This document shows, piece after piece, positions 21,039 to 29,530 of a stretch of 64,000 nucleotides of DNA; position 1 is the stretch's first letter; every line of letters begins with the position of its first letter. The notes under the pieces were generated by a model. The model searched no databases and had not been told where the DNA came from. It saw nothing but the letters and a program-made list of their open reading frames with translations. This DNA comes from an uncultured Gemmatimonadales bacterium (GTDB lineage Bacteria; Gemmatimonadota; Gemmatimonadetes; Gemmatimonadales; GWC2-71-9). A program made the translations under genes and the position numbers. The stretch covers positions 352,001-416,000 of the forward strand of contig CAVSQW010000008.1 in NCBI GenBank assembly GCA_963730185.1, read 5' to 3'.

Positions 21039-21174
21039 CCCCGACCCGCCCCAACTCCCAAGTCCCTACTCCCTCCCAACTCCCAACTCCCAACTCCCTA
21101 TTCCCTCCCAACTCCCAACTCCCAACTCCCAATTCCCTCCCAACTCCCCACTCACGACTCCCTACTCCCTACCC
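21039..21174. repeat. Heptamer (CTCCCAA/TTGGGAG) tandem tract organised as ~4 x 32-bp higher-order units
   Basis: Units 21071-21102 and 21103-21134 differ at one base; flanking units 21039-21070 and 21135-21166 are degenerate. The tract overlaps the aguA stop codon. Confidence 0.9.
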
Positions 21175-22238
21175 GGCCATTGCTGCGTCACGCAATGAAT
21201 CGCCCCCAATCCCCACACCAGATCCCGGCAGTCGATCGGCACCACCCGCCGGGTCGGGAACAACGCCTGGAGCGTTTCCCGGGTCACCTCGTCGAGGTGG
21301 GTGTCGTAGGCCGGCATCAGGACGACCTCGTTGGCGATGTAGAAGTTGGCGTAGCTCATCGGGAGCCGGTGCCCGTCGAAGGTGCCGGGCGGCGGCATCG
21401 GGAGGGTGATGACCTGGAGCGGGGCGCCGTCCTGGTCCTTCATCCGCCGGAGCCGGTCCAGGTTGTCGCGCAGGGGGTGGTAGTTGGGGTCGCTGGAGTC
21501 GTCCTCGAGAACGGTCACCACGGTCCTGGCGTCCACGAACCGGGTCAGGTCGTCGACGTGGCCGTCGGTGTCGTCCCCCTCGATTCCCTCTCCCAGCCAG
21601 AGGATGTTGGTGACGCCGAGGTAGTCGCGGAGGATCTGCTCGAGGGCGGCCCGGTCGCGTCGCGGGTTCCGGTTGGGGTTGAGGAGGCACTGCTCGGTCG
21701 TGAGCAAGGTGCCGGCCCCGTTCACGTCGATCGAGCCGCCCTCGAGCACGATGCCCGGATGCTCCACCGGGATCCCCAGCTCCTCGCCGATCCGGGTCGG
21801 GATCACGTCGTCGAGGTCGTAGGGCGGGTACTTGTCGCCCCAGGCGTTGTAGCCCCAGTCCAGGATCAGCTGCTCCGGGCCGGCCTCCGTGACGCGCGTG
21901 ACGAAGATCGGCCCGTGGTCTCGACACCAGGCATCGTTGGTCGGATGACGGTGGAAGGAGACGGCCTCGGTCGGCGCCTTGGCGACCGCCAGCGCGGCGC
22001 GGGCGCTGGTTTCGAGCGCGTCGCTGCCCACGTTGATGTGCACCTCCTCACCCGGGGCAAGATGGCGGACCATCTCGGCGAAGATCGCGGGCACCGGCTC
22101 GAACTTACCGGGCCACGACGCTTCCTTGTGGGGCCAGCTGAGCCAGGTGCCCCGATGGCGGGCCCACTCGGCCGGCATCCGAAATCCCCGCGCGGCCGGC
22201 GAGCCGGGCGTGAACGGCGTCGAAGCGGGGCGGGGCAC
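21162..22238 (-). CDS. aguA: Agmatine deiminase
   Basis: 'RMPAEW', 'DAWCRDHGP', 'LEGGSIDVNG', 'DDTDGHVDDL', 'SYANF', C-terminal 'GAIHCVTQQ'. The GTG start at 22238 is a best guess. Confidence 0.92.
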   Translation of the reverse strand: MPRPASTPFTPGSPAARGFRMPAEWARHRGTWLSWPHKEASWPGKFEPVPAIFAEMVRHLAPGEEVHINVGSDALETSARAALAVAKAPTEAVSFHRHPTNDAWCRDHGPIFVTRVTEAGPEQLILDWGYNAWGDKYPPYDLDDVIPTRIGEELGIPVEHPGIVLEGGSIDVNGAGTLLTTEQCLLNPNRNPRRDRAALEQILRDYLGVTNILWLGEGIEGDDTDGHVDDLTRFVDARTVVTVLEDDSSDPNYHPLRDNLDRLRRMKDQDGAPLQVITLPMPPPGTFDGHRLPMSYANFYIANEVVLMPAYDTHLDEVTRETLQALFPTRRVVPIDCRDLVWGLGAIHCVTQQWPGRE

Positions 22239-22246
22239 GGCCCGGC

Positions 22247-23134
22247 TCAATCGTCGAGATAGCGACGGGTCAGGTCGCCGTAGGCATCGATCCGGCGGTC
22301 GCGGAGGAAGGGCCAGTGGGTCCGGACGAGGTCGACCTGCCCCAGCTCGCAAGGCACGATCAGCGTCTCTTCGTCCTGCCCGGCCTGGGCCAGGACCCGA
22401 CCGCTCGGATCGGCCACGAAGCTCCCGCCCCAGAATTCGATCCCGCCCGACCCGCTGGTCTCGAGGCCGACCCGGTTTACCGCGGCCACGTAGACGCCGT
22501 TGGCGATCGCGTGCGAACGCTGCATCGCCTCCCACGCCGCCTGCTGTCGCTCCCCGTACTCGGCCTTCTCCGGCGGAAGCCAGCCGATCGCGGTCGGGTA
22601 CAAGAGGACCTCGGCCCCGTGCATCGCGGTGAGCCGGGCGGCCTCCGGGTACCACTGATCCCAGCAGATCAGGACGCCCAGCCGGCCGAAGCGCGTGTTC
22701 CAGACCCGAAAGCCCAGGTCGCCGGGGGTGAAATAGAACTTCTCGTAGAACTGGGGGTCGTCCGGGATGTGCATCTTCCGGTATTTCCCCAAGTAGGTCC
22801 CGTCGGCGTCGATGATCGCGGCCGTGTTGTGATAGAGCCCCTCAGCCCGCTTCTCGAACAGCGACGCCACCACGACCACCCCGAGCTCCCGGGCGACCTC
22901 GGAGAGCACGGCCGTCGTGGGCCCCGGGATCGCCTCCGCCAGCTGGAAGAAGCGATGATCCTCGGATTGGCAGAAGTAGGGGCCGAGGAAGAGCTCTTGG
23001 AGGCAGATCACCTGGGCGCCCCGGGCGGCGGCGTCCCGAATGCGGTCGACCGCCGTGGCCAGGTTGGCCTTGCGATCCTCGCCGCAGGCCATCTGAGGCA
23101 GCCCGAGCGTGACGGTGCGAGCGGAACTGGTCAT
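22247..23134 (-). CDS. aguB: N-carbamoylputrescine amidase (carbon-nitrogen hydrolase)
   Basis: Nitrilase triad 'LQELF' / 'YRKMHIPDDP' / 'ICWDQWYPE'; 'WPFLRDRRIDAY'; adjacent to aguA. Confidence 0.9.
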   Translation of the reverse strand: MTSSARTVTLGLPQMACGEDRKANLATAVDRIRDAAARGAQVICLQELFLGPYFCQSEDHRFFQLAEAIPGPTTAVLSEVARELGVVVVASLFEKRAEGLYHNTAAIIDADGTYLGKYRKMHIPDDPQFYEKFYFTPGDLGFRVWNTRFGRLGVLICWDQWYPEAARLTAMHGAEVLLYPTAIGWLPPEKAEYGERQQAAWEAMQRSHAIANGVYVAAVNRVGLETSGSGGIEFWGGSFVADPSGRVLAQAGQDEETLIVPCELGQVDLVRTHWPFLRDRRIDAYGDLTRRYLDD

Positions 23135-23151
23135 CCCCGAAAACTAACGGG

Positions 23152-23204
23152 CCCCCCGCACCCCGTCTCCCCCCGTCCCTCCACCCCCTTTATCCTTCCC
23201 CACC
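23152..23204. repeat. Short C-rich decamer tract (CCCCGTCTCC-CCCCGTCCCT) between divergent genes
   Basis: Units 23161-23180 are identical to 31961-31980. Confidence 0.6.
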
Positions 23205-23205
23205 C

Positions 23206-24267
23206 ATGCTCCGATCCCTCGTCGTCCTGCTGGTGCTGGCCTCGGCGCCGGCCACCCTCGCCGCCCAGTCGCTGACCTGGGCCAACCGGGTCACCCTCTA
23301 CGGGGACAATACCGAGTTCTTCACCCCATACCGTACCGGTCAGACGATCCTGGGCGGGCAGTTCCAGAGCTATCTTCGGGTGGGCCCCTCGGCCAAGACA
23401 GAGGTGATCGCCGGGGTGTTCGGTGACGTCCGGTGGGGTTCGTCCGAGTTCCTCGACCAGACCAAACCGCTCCTCGGGTTTCGCTACCGAACCGAACACT
23501 CCACCGCGGCGTTCGGGACCCTGGTTACCGAGCGGCGGCACGGGCTGCTCGATCCGCTGGAGGTGAGCACGCTCGAGCTTACCCGTCCGGTCGAGTACGG
23601 GCTGCAATGGATCGAGCGGCGGCGGAGCTGGGATCTCGACTTCTTCATCAACTGGCAGAAGCTCAACACCCCGACCCAGCGCGAGGTCTTCGACTATGGG
23701 TGGGTGTTCCGCTATCGCCCGATTCCCCAGATCTCGCTCGAAGGCCAGCTCCACGGTCTCCATCACGGGGGCCAGCTCTACGACGCCGGCGTGCCGGTCA
23801 CCAACAACGTGGCCTCGGGCTTCGGGGTGACACTCTCCGATTCGCTTGGTTGGCTCGGCCGTTCCGCCCTGACCGTCTATCGTCTCCGGAGCGCCGGGAA
23901 CATCGACCCCGCCGCCCCCGCCGATCGTCCCCGGTCCGGTCGCGGCTGGTACCTCCGCGCCGGGGTCCGGCCCGCGAGCGCGGTCGAGCTGTTCGGGATC
24001 TACTGGCGAGGCCGCGACTTTCTGTCGCAGGAGGGCGACAACAACTACAACTCGGTCGGGGTGGATCCCAGCTACTACCGATCGGAGCGCAAGTACGTCG
24101 AGCTCGGCGTCATGCGGCGGACCAAGATCGACGGCGCGGTGGACCTGGACGCCGAGTTCCGCCTGCACCGGATCGACGACGATCCCAGCATCGCCTTCCT
24201 GGGCACTCACTGGGAGTACTCCTATCGACTGGTGGTCCGGGCCCCGTTCGAAATCGTCGCCCGCTAG
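23206..24267 (+). CDS. Hypothetical exported protein, possible outer-membrane beta-barrel
   Basis: Signal peptide (MLRSLVVLLVLASAPATLAAQ), aromatic-rich alternating beta-strand pattern, coding-like codon usage. Confidence 0.7.
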   Translation: MLRSLVVLLVLASAPATLAAQSLTWANRVTLYGDNTEFFTPYRTGQTILGGQFQSYLRVGPSAKTEVIAGVFGDVRWGSSEFLDQTKPLLGFRYRTEHSTAAFGTLVTERRHGLLDPLEVSTLELTRPVEYGLQWIERRRSWDLDFFINWQKLNTPTQREVFDYGWVFRYRPIPQISLEGQLHGLHHGGQLYDAGVPVTNNVASGFGVTLSDSLGWLGRSALTVYRLRSAGNIDPAAPADRPRSGRGWYLRAGVRPASAVELFGIYWRGRDFLSQEGDNNYNSVGVDPSYYRSERKYVELGVMRRTKIDGAVDLDAEFRLHRIDDDPSIAFLGTHWEYSYRLVVRAPFEIVAR

Positions 24268-24356
24268 CCCCTCACTCTCTTACCCCCTACCCGCTACTCC
24301 TGCTCCCGCCCGGCTCCCCGATCACGATTCCCAATTCACGACCCCAAATCCCAGCC
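24268..24356. repeat. Degenerate C-rich heptamer tract between convergent genes, extending into the 3' end of the DUF3536 gene
   Basis: 'taccccc-tacccgc-tactcc...cacgatt-cccaatt-cacgacc-ccaaatc'. Confidence 0.5.
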
Positions 24357-26307
24357 GGCTCCCGAACGGCCCCAACAACCGCCGTCCCTCCGGGTCGGCC
24401 GATTGCATGAACCGGTAGTATCGGGTCTGGGCGTCGAACGGGACGTGCTCTCCCTCGAGGCCCAAGAGGTCCAGGGCTCGGTTGAGCCGCTCCACCAGTC
24501 CCGGCGTCAGGTCGGCCTGGCGCTCCGGCACCAGCCGGGTCAGGGCCGTCGACAGGACCTCCGGGTAGCGCTCCGATCCTTGCGCCAGGCGCACCAGGTC
24601 TTCGGCTGAGAGCACGCTGCGGAGTGCCTCCCGGCGGAGGGTCTCGCGCACCACGTCTCGTTCCCGTTCGGGGAAGGCTTCGAGCGTCAGGGTTCGCCGG
24701 TCGTCCGTCCCGTCGCTCACCAGGTCCACTTCGAGCCCGAAGGCCCCGACGCGGTGAGCGGACGCCTGGAACCGGGTGACCCGGCCGGTGCGCCGGTGCT
24801 GGACCTGCACCGATTCGCCCTGGGCGCCGACCAGGAACCGGCCGACGACCGGGAGCGCCCGCTCCGGCGCCACGCTCCGGACCGCGGCGAATCCGGCGGC
24901 GACGCGCTCGTCGCCCCGCCACCGCGGCTTGACCCGGGTCAGGTAAAGGTCGGCCGCGGTGCCGGCCTTGGGGTCGTTGCTCCGGGCATGGGCCAGCCGC
25001 TCGAGCAGCCCGCGTTCGAGTCGCTCGGCTTCGGGACCGGCCAGCGCGATCGCCCGGGCGGCGTACTTGAGGATCTGCAGCGTCTCGATCCCGGCGACGT
25101 CGTCGAAGAACCAGCCGCATGAGGTGAAGGTGCGGAGCGTGTTCCGCTCGAGTTCGAGCAGCTCCCGGGCCCGGACCGGCAGGTCGCTGGGCGCGCCGGT
25201 GATGGCGTACGCGGTGCGGGCCGACCAGGGGTCGGGAAAGAAGGGGCGGGCCTCCTGGTCGTAGAGGGCGTGCACCTCGGTCGCGAGCCACTCGAGTCCG
25301 GCCCGGAGCGGCGCGCGCCAGGCCTGGCTGGTCCCGTCATGCACCCGGCAGCCGCAGTCGCTCCGCCAACGCTCCACCCCGTGGGCGCAGCTCCAGGCGC
25401 TCGGCTCCACCAGGGTGATCTCGTGCTCGGCCGGGTTCCGGGCCAGAAAGGAGGCGTAGTTGTCGATCCGGACGTCGGGGTGGGTCTGGAGCTTGGCGAT
25501 CGTGGCCGCCAGCGCCATTTCGCCGAACCGGTGATGGTGCCCGAACGTCTCGCCGTCGGTGGCCATCGAACGGAGCAGCGGGCCCGACGGCGGCAGCTCG
25601 GGCTCGAGGATCCGGGCCATCCAGAGGTCGGCGTCGCGGACCAGTGGTCCGAACGCGATGTCGTGCGAGAGCGCCCCGTCATAGACGAAGATCGCGATCC
25701 GCCGGCCCTGGCCGGTCCGATAGAGGCCCGGCCGCCCGGCCGGCGGCGCCATGGCCACCTGACCCGGCGCCACGATCGTGAACGCGATCCCTTCGGCGGC
25801 CGCGGCGTCCAGGGTCTCGTCGTCGATCGCGGTCTCCGGGAGCCAGATCCCCACCGGGTCGCGGCCGAACCGTCGCCGGAAGTCCGCGATCCCGGCTCGG
25901 ATCTCGGTGACCTTGTCCTGGCGGGACGCGAGCGGGAGGATGATGTGGTGGTAGGGCATGGCGATCGCGTTGCCGTACCCCCCGGTGCGGCTCCGGCTCT
26001 CCCGGTCCGCGGCCAGAAACGCCTGATAGGTCGACGGCGCCGCGTGCTCCAGCCATTCCAGCAAGGTCGGCCCCACGTCGAAGCTGATCCAGGAGAGCGT
26101 GTTGACGATCGCTCGGATCCGGCCCTCGGCGTCCGGGACCCGCGCGGCCACCACCGTCCGGTAGCACTCCCGCTCGATCCGCTCGTTCCAGTCGTGCCAC
26201 GGAGCCGCGCTCGGCTCCCGCTCCAGCAGGTCGAGCGAGGGGTCTTCCCGGGGCGGCTGGTAGAAGTGCCCGTGGATGATCGCCGCCCGGCGCGGCACCG
26301 CGGTCAT
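24322..26307 (-). CDS. GH57-family DUF3536 alpha-glucan-active protein
   Basis: 'IIHGHFYQPPRE', 'PWHDWNERI', 'GIWLPETAID', 'ATDGETFGHH', 'WSCAHGVERWRSDCGC', 'FTSCGWFFDD'. Confidence 0.9.
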   Translation of the reverse strand: MTAVPRRAAIIHGHFYQPPREDPSLDLLEREPSAAPWHDWNERIERECYRTVVAARVPDAEGRIRAIVNTLSWISFDVGPTLLEWLEHAAPSTYQAFLAADRESRSRTGGYGNAIAMPYHHIILPLASRQDKVTEIRAGIADFRRRFGRDPVGIWLPETAIDDETLDAAAAEGIAFTIVAPGQVAMAPPAGRPGLYRTGQGRRIAIFVYDGALSHDIAFGPLVRDADLWMARILEPELPPSGPLLRSMATDGETFGHHHRFGEMALAATIAKLQTHPDVRIDNYASFLARNPAEHEITLVEPSAWSCAHGVERWRSDCGCRVHDGTSQAWRAPLRAGLEWLATEVHALYDQEARPFFPDPWSARTAYAITGAPSDLPVRARELLELERNTLRTFTSCGWFFDDVAGIETLQILKYAARAIALAGPEAERLERGLLERLAHARSNDPKAGTAADLYLTRVKPRWRGDERVAAGFAAVRSVAPERALPVVGRFLVGAQGESVQVQHRRTGRVTRFQASAHRVGAFGLEVDLVSDGTDDRRTLTLEAFPERERDVVRETLRREALRSVLSAEDLVRLAQGSERYPEVLSTALTRLVPERQADLTPGLVERLNRALDLLGLEGEHVPFDAQTRYYRFMQSADPEGRRLLGPFGSRLGFGVVNWES

Positions 26308-27986
26308 GCGGGGAGCGGGGCGGTTTCGCGGGACGCCACCGCGACCGAGGCGAGGATGTCGGGGAAGACCTCGTTCCGGCGCCCCAGCGCAGCCGCCAGG
26401 TCCTGGGCCGCGACCCTGGCCGGCCCGTCGGTGTCGATCGCCGCCAGCAGGCGGGCGCAGTTCTCGGCATGCTCGAGGAAGCGTCGGCTCGCGTAGTCGG
26501 CGGCGGTCGCACTCGAGATGATGAACTGCCAATCCGAGCTCTGGGCCAGCACCAGCTCGCGGGCCGCCTGGGCGAGCAGGACGTGCGATGCCGGTTCGGC
26601 CAACCCTCGAGAGACGGTGTCCCAGAACTGGTGTTCCAGAGCCCACAGGCGAAGCCAAGTCCACTCTGTCTCCGGGTTGAGCCACTTGCTGAAGTCGCCG
26701 TTGGTGCCCCAGGAGCCCGGGACGAGCTCCGCGGTCGCGCTGGCCGGGTGCCGGCCCAGGTGGGTCGACGCGGTCGTCGGCCGGATCACCCGGTCCTCCG
26801 CCAGGGTCCGGAACACGTCGGTCAGGAAGTCGACGCCCTCGAACCACCAGTGGCCGAAGAGCTCGGTGTCGAACGGCGCCACGACCACGTCCCCGTCGTC
26901 CCGCTCCTCGGCCACGATCCGGTGGAGCACCTCCCGGTAGTGACGGGCATGCTCCCGAGCTCGGGCTCGCGCGGCGTTCGGGTCGTAGGGCTGCTTCCCG
27001 CCCAAATCCACGGCCGGATGGGTCACCCGCCAGAGCTTGAGCCCCCCGGGAAAGCGGATCTTGTGGAACTCCAGATACTCCCCGTCGCCCGGGTAGCCCT
27101 GATGGCGGCTCCAGACCTGGCGTGAGGAGCGCGGATCGCGGACCAGGGCCGCCACGGCCGGCGTACCCGGCTGGGGATCGATCCGGTACGCCCGGTGGGG
27201 CGACCGCACGGCGGGAAGGCCAAGCGGCTCCTCCGCCACCAGCATCGGGCCGCCGGGGAAGTCGGCTTCCGGATAGAGGCCCAGCGTGCGGCCAGCTTGG
27301 GCCAGGTGCGCGTCGGTGAAGAAATACCGGAAGCCGGCCCGACCGAGATGCGCCTCGATCCCGGCGCGGTCCGCCGCGGAGGGAGCGGCCGGGTGCGGTT
27401 GCCAGGGGCCGCGCGGCCGGTAGGCGCATTCGGGCAGCCAGCATCCCCGCGGCGCCACGCCGAAGAGCCGCTGGTGCTCGGCCCGCCCCAGCGCCAGCTG
27501 GAGCCGGACGCTCTCGTCGCGGGCGAGGAGCGGCAGAAACGCATGGGTGGCGGCCGAGCTCATGATTTCGATCCGCTCGGACGCTTCATGGCGGCGGAAG
27601 GCCCGGACCAGGTCGCCGTCCACCCGCTCGAACAGGCGGAGTAGCCGGTGCAGGCGCCCGCGCCAGTACTCGGCGATCGGAACGAGATGGCGCTCGCCCT
27701 CGGTCGTGAGCTCCGCCACGGCGGCGTCGCACGCCTCGAACCGCTGGGCGACGAAGGCCTCGAGCTCGCCGGCGAAGGTCGGGCTGGCGAGCTGGTTGGC
27801 GAGGATCGGTGTGATGCCGAGCGTGAGCGGGCTCGGCACACCCGCAATCTCGAGCCCGTTCAGGGCCTCGAGCAGGGGCAGGTAGGTATCGATCGCCGCT
27901 TCCGAGAGCCAATCGCTGCCGTGGGGCCACCGCCCATGATTCAGCACGTAGGGCAGATGGCTGTGGAGCGCCAGCACGAAGTCCAT
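26304..27986 (-). CDS. GH57 1,4-alpha-glucan branching enzyme (DUF1957 C-terminal domain)
   Basis: 'LHSHLPYV', nucleophile 'WLPECAY', acid/base 'PFDTELFGHWWFEG', 'LAQSSDWQF'. Confidence 0.9.
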   Translation of the reverse strand: MDFVLALHSHLPYVLNHGRWPHGSDWLSEAAIDTYLPLLEALNGLEIAGVPSPLTLGITPILANQLASPTFAGELEAFVAQRFEACDAAVAELTTEGERHLVPIAEYWRGRLHRLLRLFERVDGDLVRAFRRHEASERIEIMSSAATHAFLPLLARDESVRLQLALGRAEHQRLFGVAPRGCWLPECAYRPRGPWQPHPAAPSAADRAGIEAHLGRAGFRYFFTDAHLAQAGRTLGLYPEADFPGGPMLVAEEPLGLPAVRSPHRAYRIDPQPGTPAVAALVRDPRSSRQVWSRHQGYPGDGEYLEFHKIRFPGGLKLWRVTHPAVDLGGKQPYDPNAARARAREHARHYREVLHRIVAEERDDGDVVVAPFDTELFGHWWFEGVDFLTDVFRTLAEDRVIRPTTASTHLGRHPASATAELVPGSWGTNGDFSKWLNPETEWTWLRLWALEHQFWDTVSRGLAEPASHVLLAQAARELVLAQSSDWQFIISSATAADYASRRFLEHAENCARLLAAIDTDGPARVAAQDLAAALGRRNEVFPDILASVAVASRETAPLPA

Positions 27987-27988
27987 GC

Positions 27989-29530
27989 TCACTCGGCCCG
28001 CGCCTCGGTCGGCCCCCCGTTCAGTCCGGCCACCACCCGGCGGTACACCTCGAGGTACGACCGGACCGAGCGGTCCCAGCTGAAGTCCCGGGCCATCGCG
28101 GCCTGCACCATGCGGTGCCACTCGCCCGGGTTGGCGTAGCAATCGAGCCCCCGGAGCGCCGCCCCGAAGAGCGGTTCGGGATCGTAGGGCGTGAAGACGA
28201 ATCCGGTCACCCCGTCGTCGACGGTGTCGGCCAGGCCGCCCACTCGGCGGACGATCGGCGCGACGCCGTAGCGCTGGGCCCGCATCTGGGTCAGGCCGCA
28301 GGGCTCGTATTGACAGGGCATGAGCAGGAAGTCGGCCCCGCCCATCAAATGGTGCTCGATGGCGTCCGTGAAGTTCGTGTCGACGGCCACCCGGTCGGGC
28401 GCGGTGGCGGCGACGGCGCGGAGTGCGTTCTCGAACCGGGGCTCGCCCCGGCCGATGAAGATGAATTGGCCGTCCAGTCGGAAGATCGACGGCTCGCCCA
28501 GCACGAGGTCGAGCCCTTTCTGAGTAACCAGTCGCGCCGCCATGCTGAAGATCGGGATCTGGGGATCCTGCCGGAGCCCGAATCGCTCCTGGAGGGCGGC
28601 CTTGCAGATGGCTTTGCCTGCGAGATCGGCGGCCGAGAAGTTCGCCACGATACCGGTGTCGGTCTCGGGATCCCACTCCTCCAGGTCGAGGCCGTTCAGG
28701 ATCCCGGTGAAGCGGCTTCCCATCGACGTGAACACGCCCTGGAGCCCGAACCCGCCGTCCGCGGTCCGGAGCTCCTTGGCGTGGTTGGGGCTCACCGTCA
28801 CGGCGGCGTCGGCAAAGGCCAGCCCGGCCTTGAGCAGGTTGACCTTGCCGTACCACTCCAGCTGGCGCCAGTTGAAGAGCTCCCACGGGAGCCCGAGCTC
28901 GGGCAGCACGGTCGGCGGATAGTGTCCCTGGTAGCCGGCGTTGTGGACGGACAAGACCGTGGCCAGCCGGGCATAACGCGGGTCGGCGGCGAAGCTGGTG
29001 CGGGCGTAGGTGAGCGCGAGCGCCGCGTGCCAGTCGTGGGCGTGCAGCAGGATCGGGCCCTCGGCGATCTGGGGCAGCGCCCGGGCGGCGGCCCGGGCGA
29101 AGCAAGCGTAGCGGATGTGGTTGTCCGGATAGTCGCCCCGGCGGTCGCCGTAGAGGTCGGGCCGGTCGAAGAACTGATCGTGCTCGATGAAGTAGAGCCG
29201 GGTGTCGGCCGGTGCCTCGCGCTCGGTCAGGAGCCGGACCGTCTCCCGGCGGTCTCCCAGCCGGATCTCGAGAGGCGGGCCGACCGCCACCAGTTCGCCG
29301 GCCTTCTTCCGGGCCGAGCGGTGGAGCGGCATGATGGCGGCGGTGCGGACTCCGGCGCGCGACTGGAACCGGGCCAGGTTCGCGACCGCTTCCGCCAGGC
29401 CGCCGGCCCGGGCGTAGGGGTAGTACTCGGCGGCGACGTGCACGACCGTGACCGGCTCGCCCGCCCGACTCGCCAGGGCGGAGTGGGGGAGCCGGTCGCG
29501 GGTCGAAGAGCGCCGCTCGGACTCGTTCAT
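27989..29530 (-). CDS. glgA: Glycogen synthase (GT5)
   Basis: 'AEYYPYARAGGLA', 'HAHDWHAAL', 'HNAGYQG', 'RLVTQKG', 'YEPCGLTQM', 'GGLADTV'. Confidence 0.92.
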   Translation of the reverse strand: MNESERRSSTRDRLPHSALASRAGEPVTVVHVAAEYYPYARAGGLAEAVANLARFQSRAGVRTAAIMPLHRSARKKAGELVAVGPPLEIRLGDRRETVRLLTEREAPADTRLYFIEHDQFFDRPDLYGDRRGDYPDNHIRYACFARAAARALPQIAEGPILLHAHDWHAALALTYARTSFAADPRYARLATVLSVHNAGYQGHYPPTVLPELGLPWELFNWRQLEWYGKVNLLKAGLAFADAAVTVSPNHAKELRTADGGFGLQGVFTSMGSRFTGILNGLDLEEWDPETDTGIVANFSAADLAGKAICKAALQERFGLRQDPQIPIFSMAARLVTQKGLDLVLGEPSIFRLDGQFIFIGRGEPRFENALRAVAATAPDRVAVDTNFTDAIEHHLMGGADFLLMPCQYEPCGLTQMRAQRYGVAPIVRRVGGLADTVDDGVTGFVFTPYDPEPLFGAALRGLDCYANPGEWHRMVQAAMARDFSWDRSVRSYLEVYRRVVAGLNGGPTEARAE

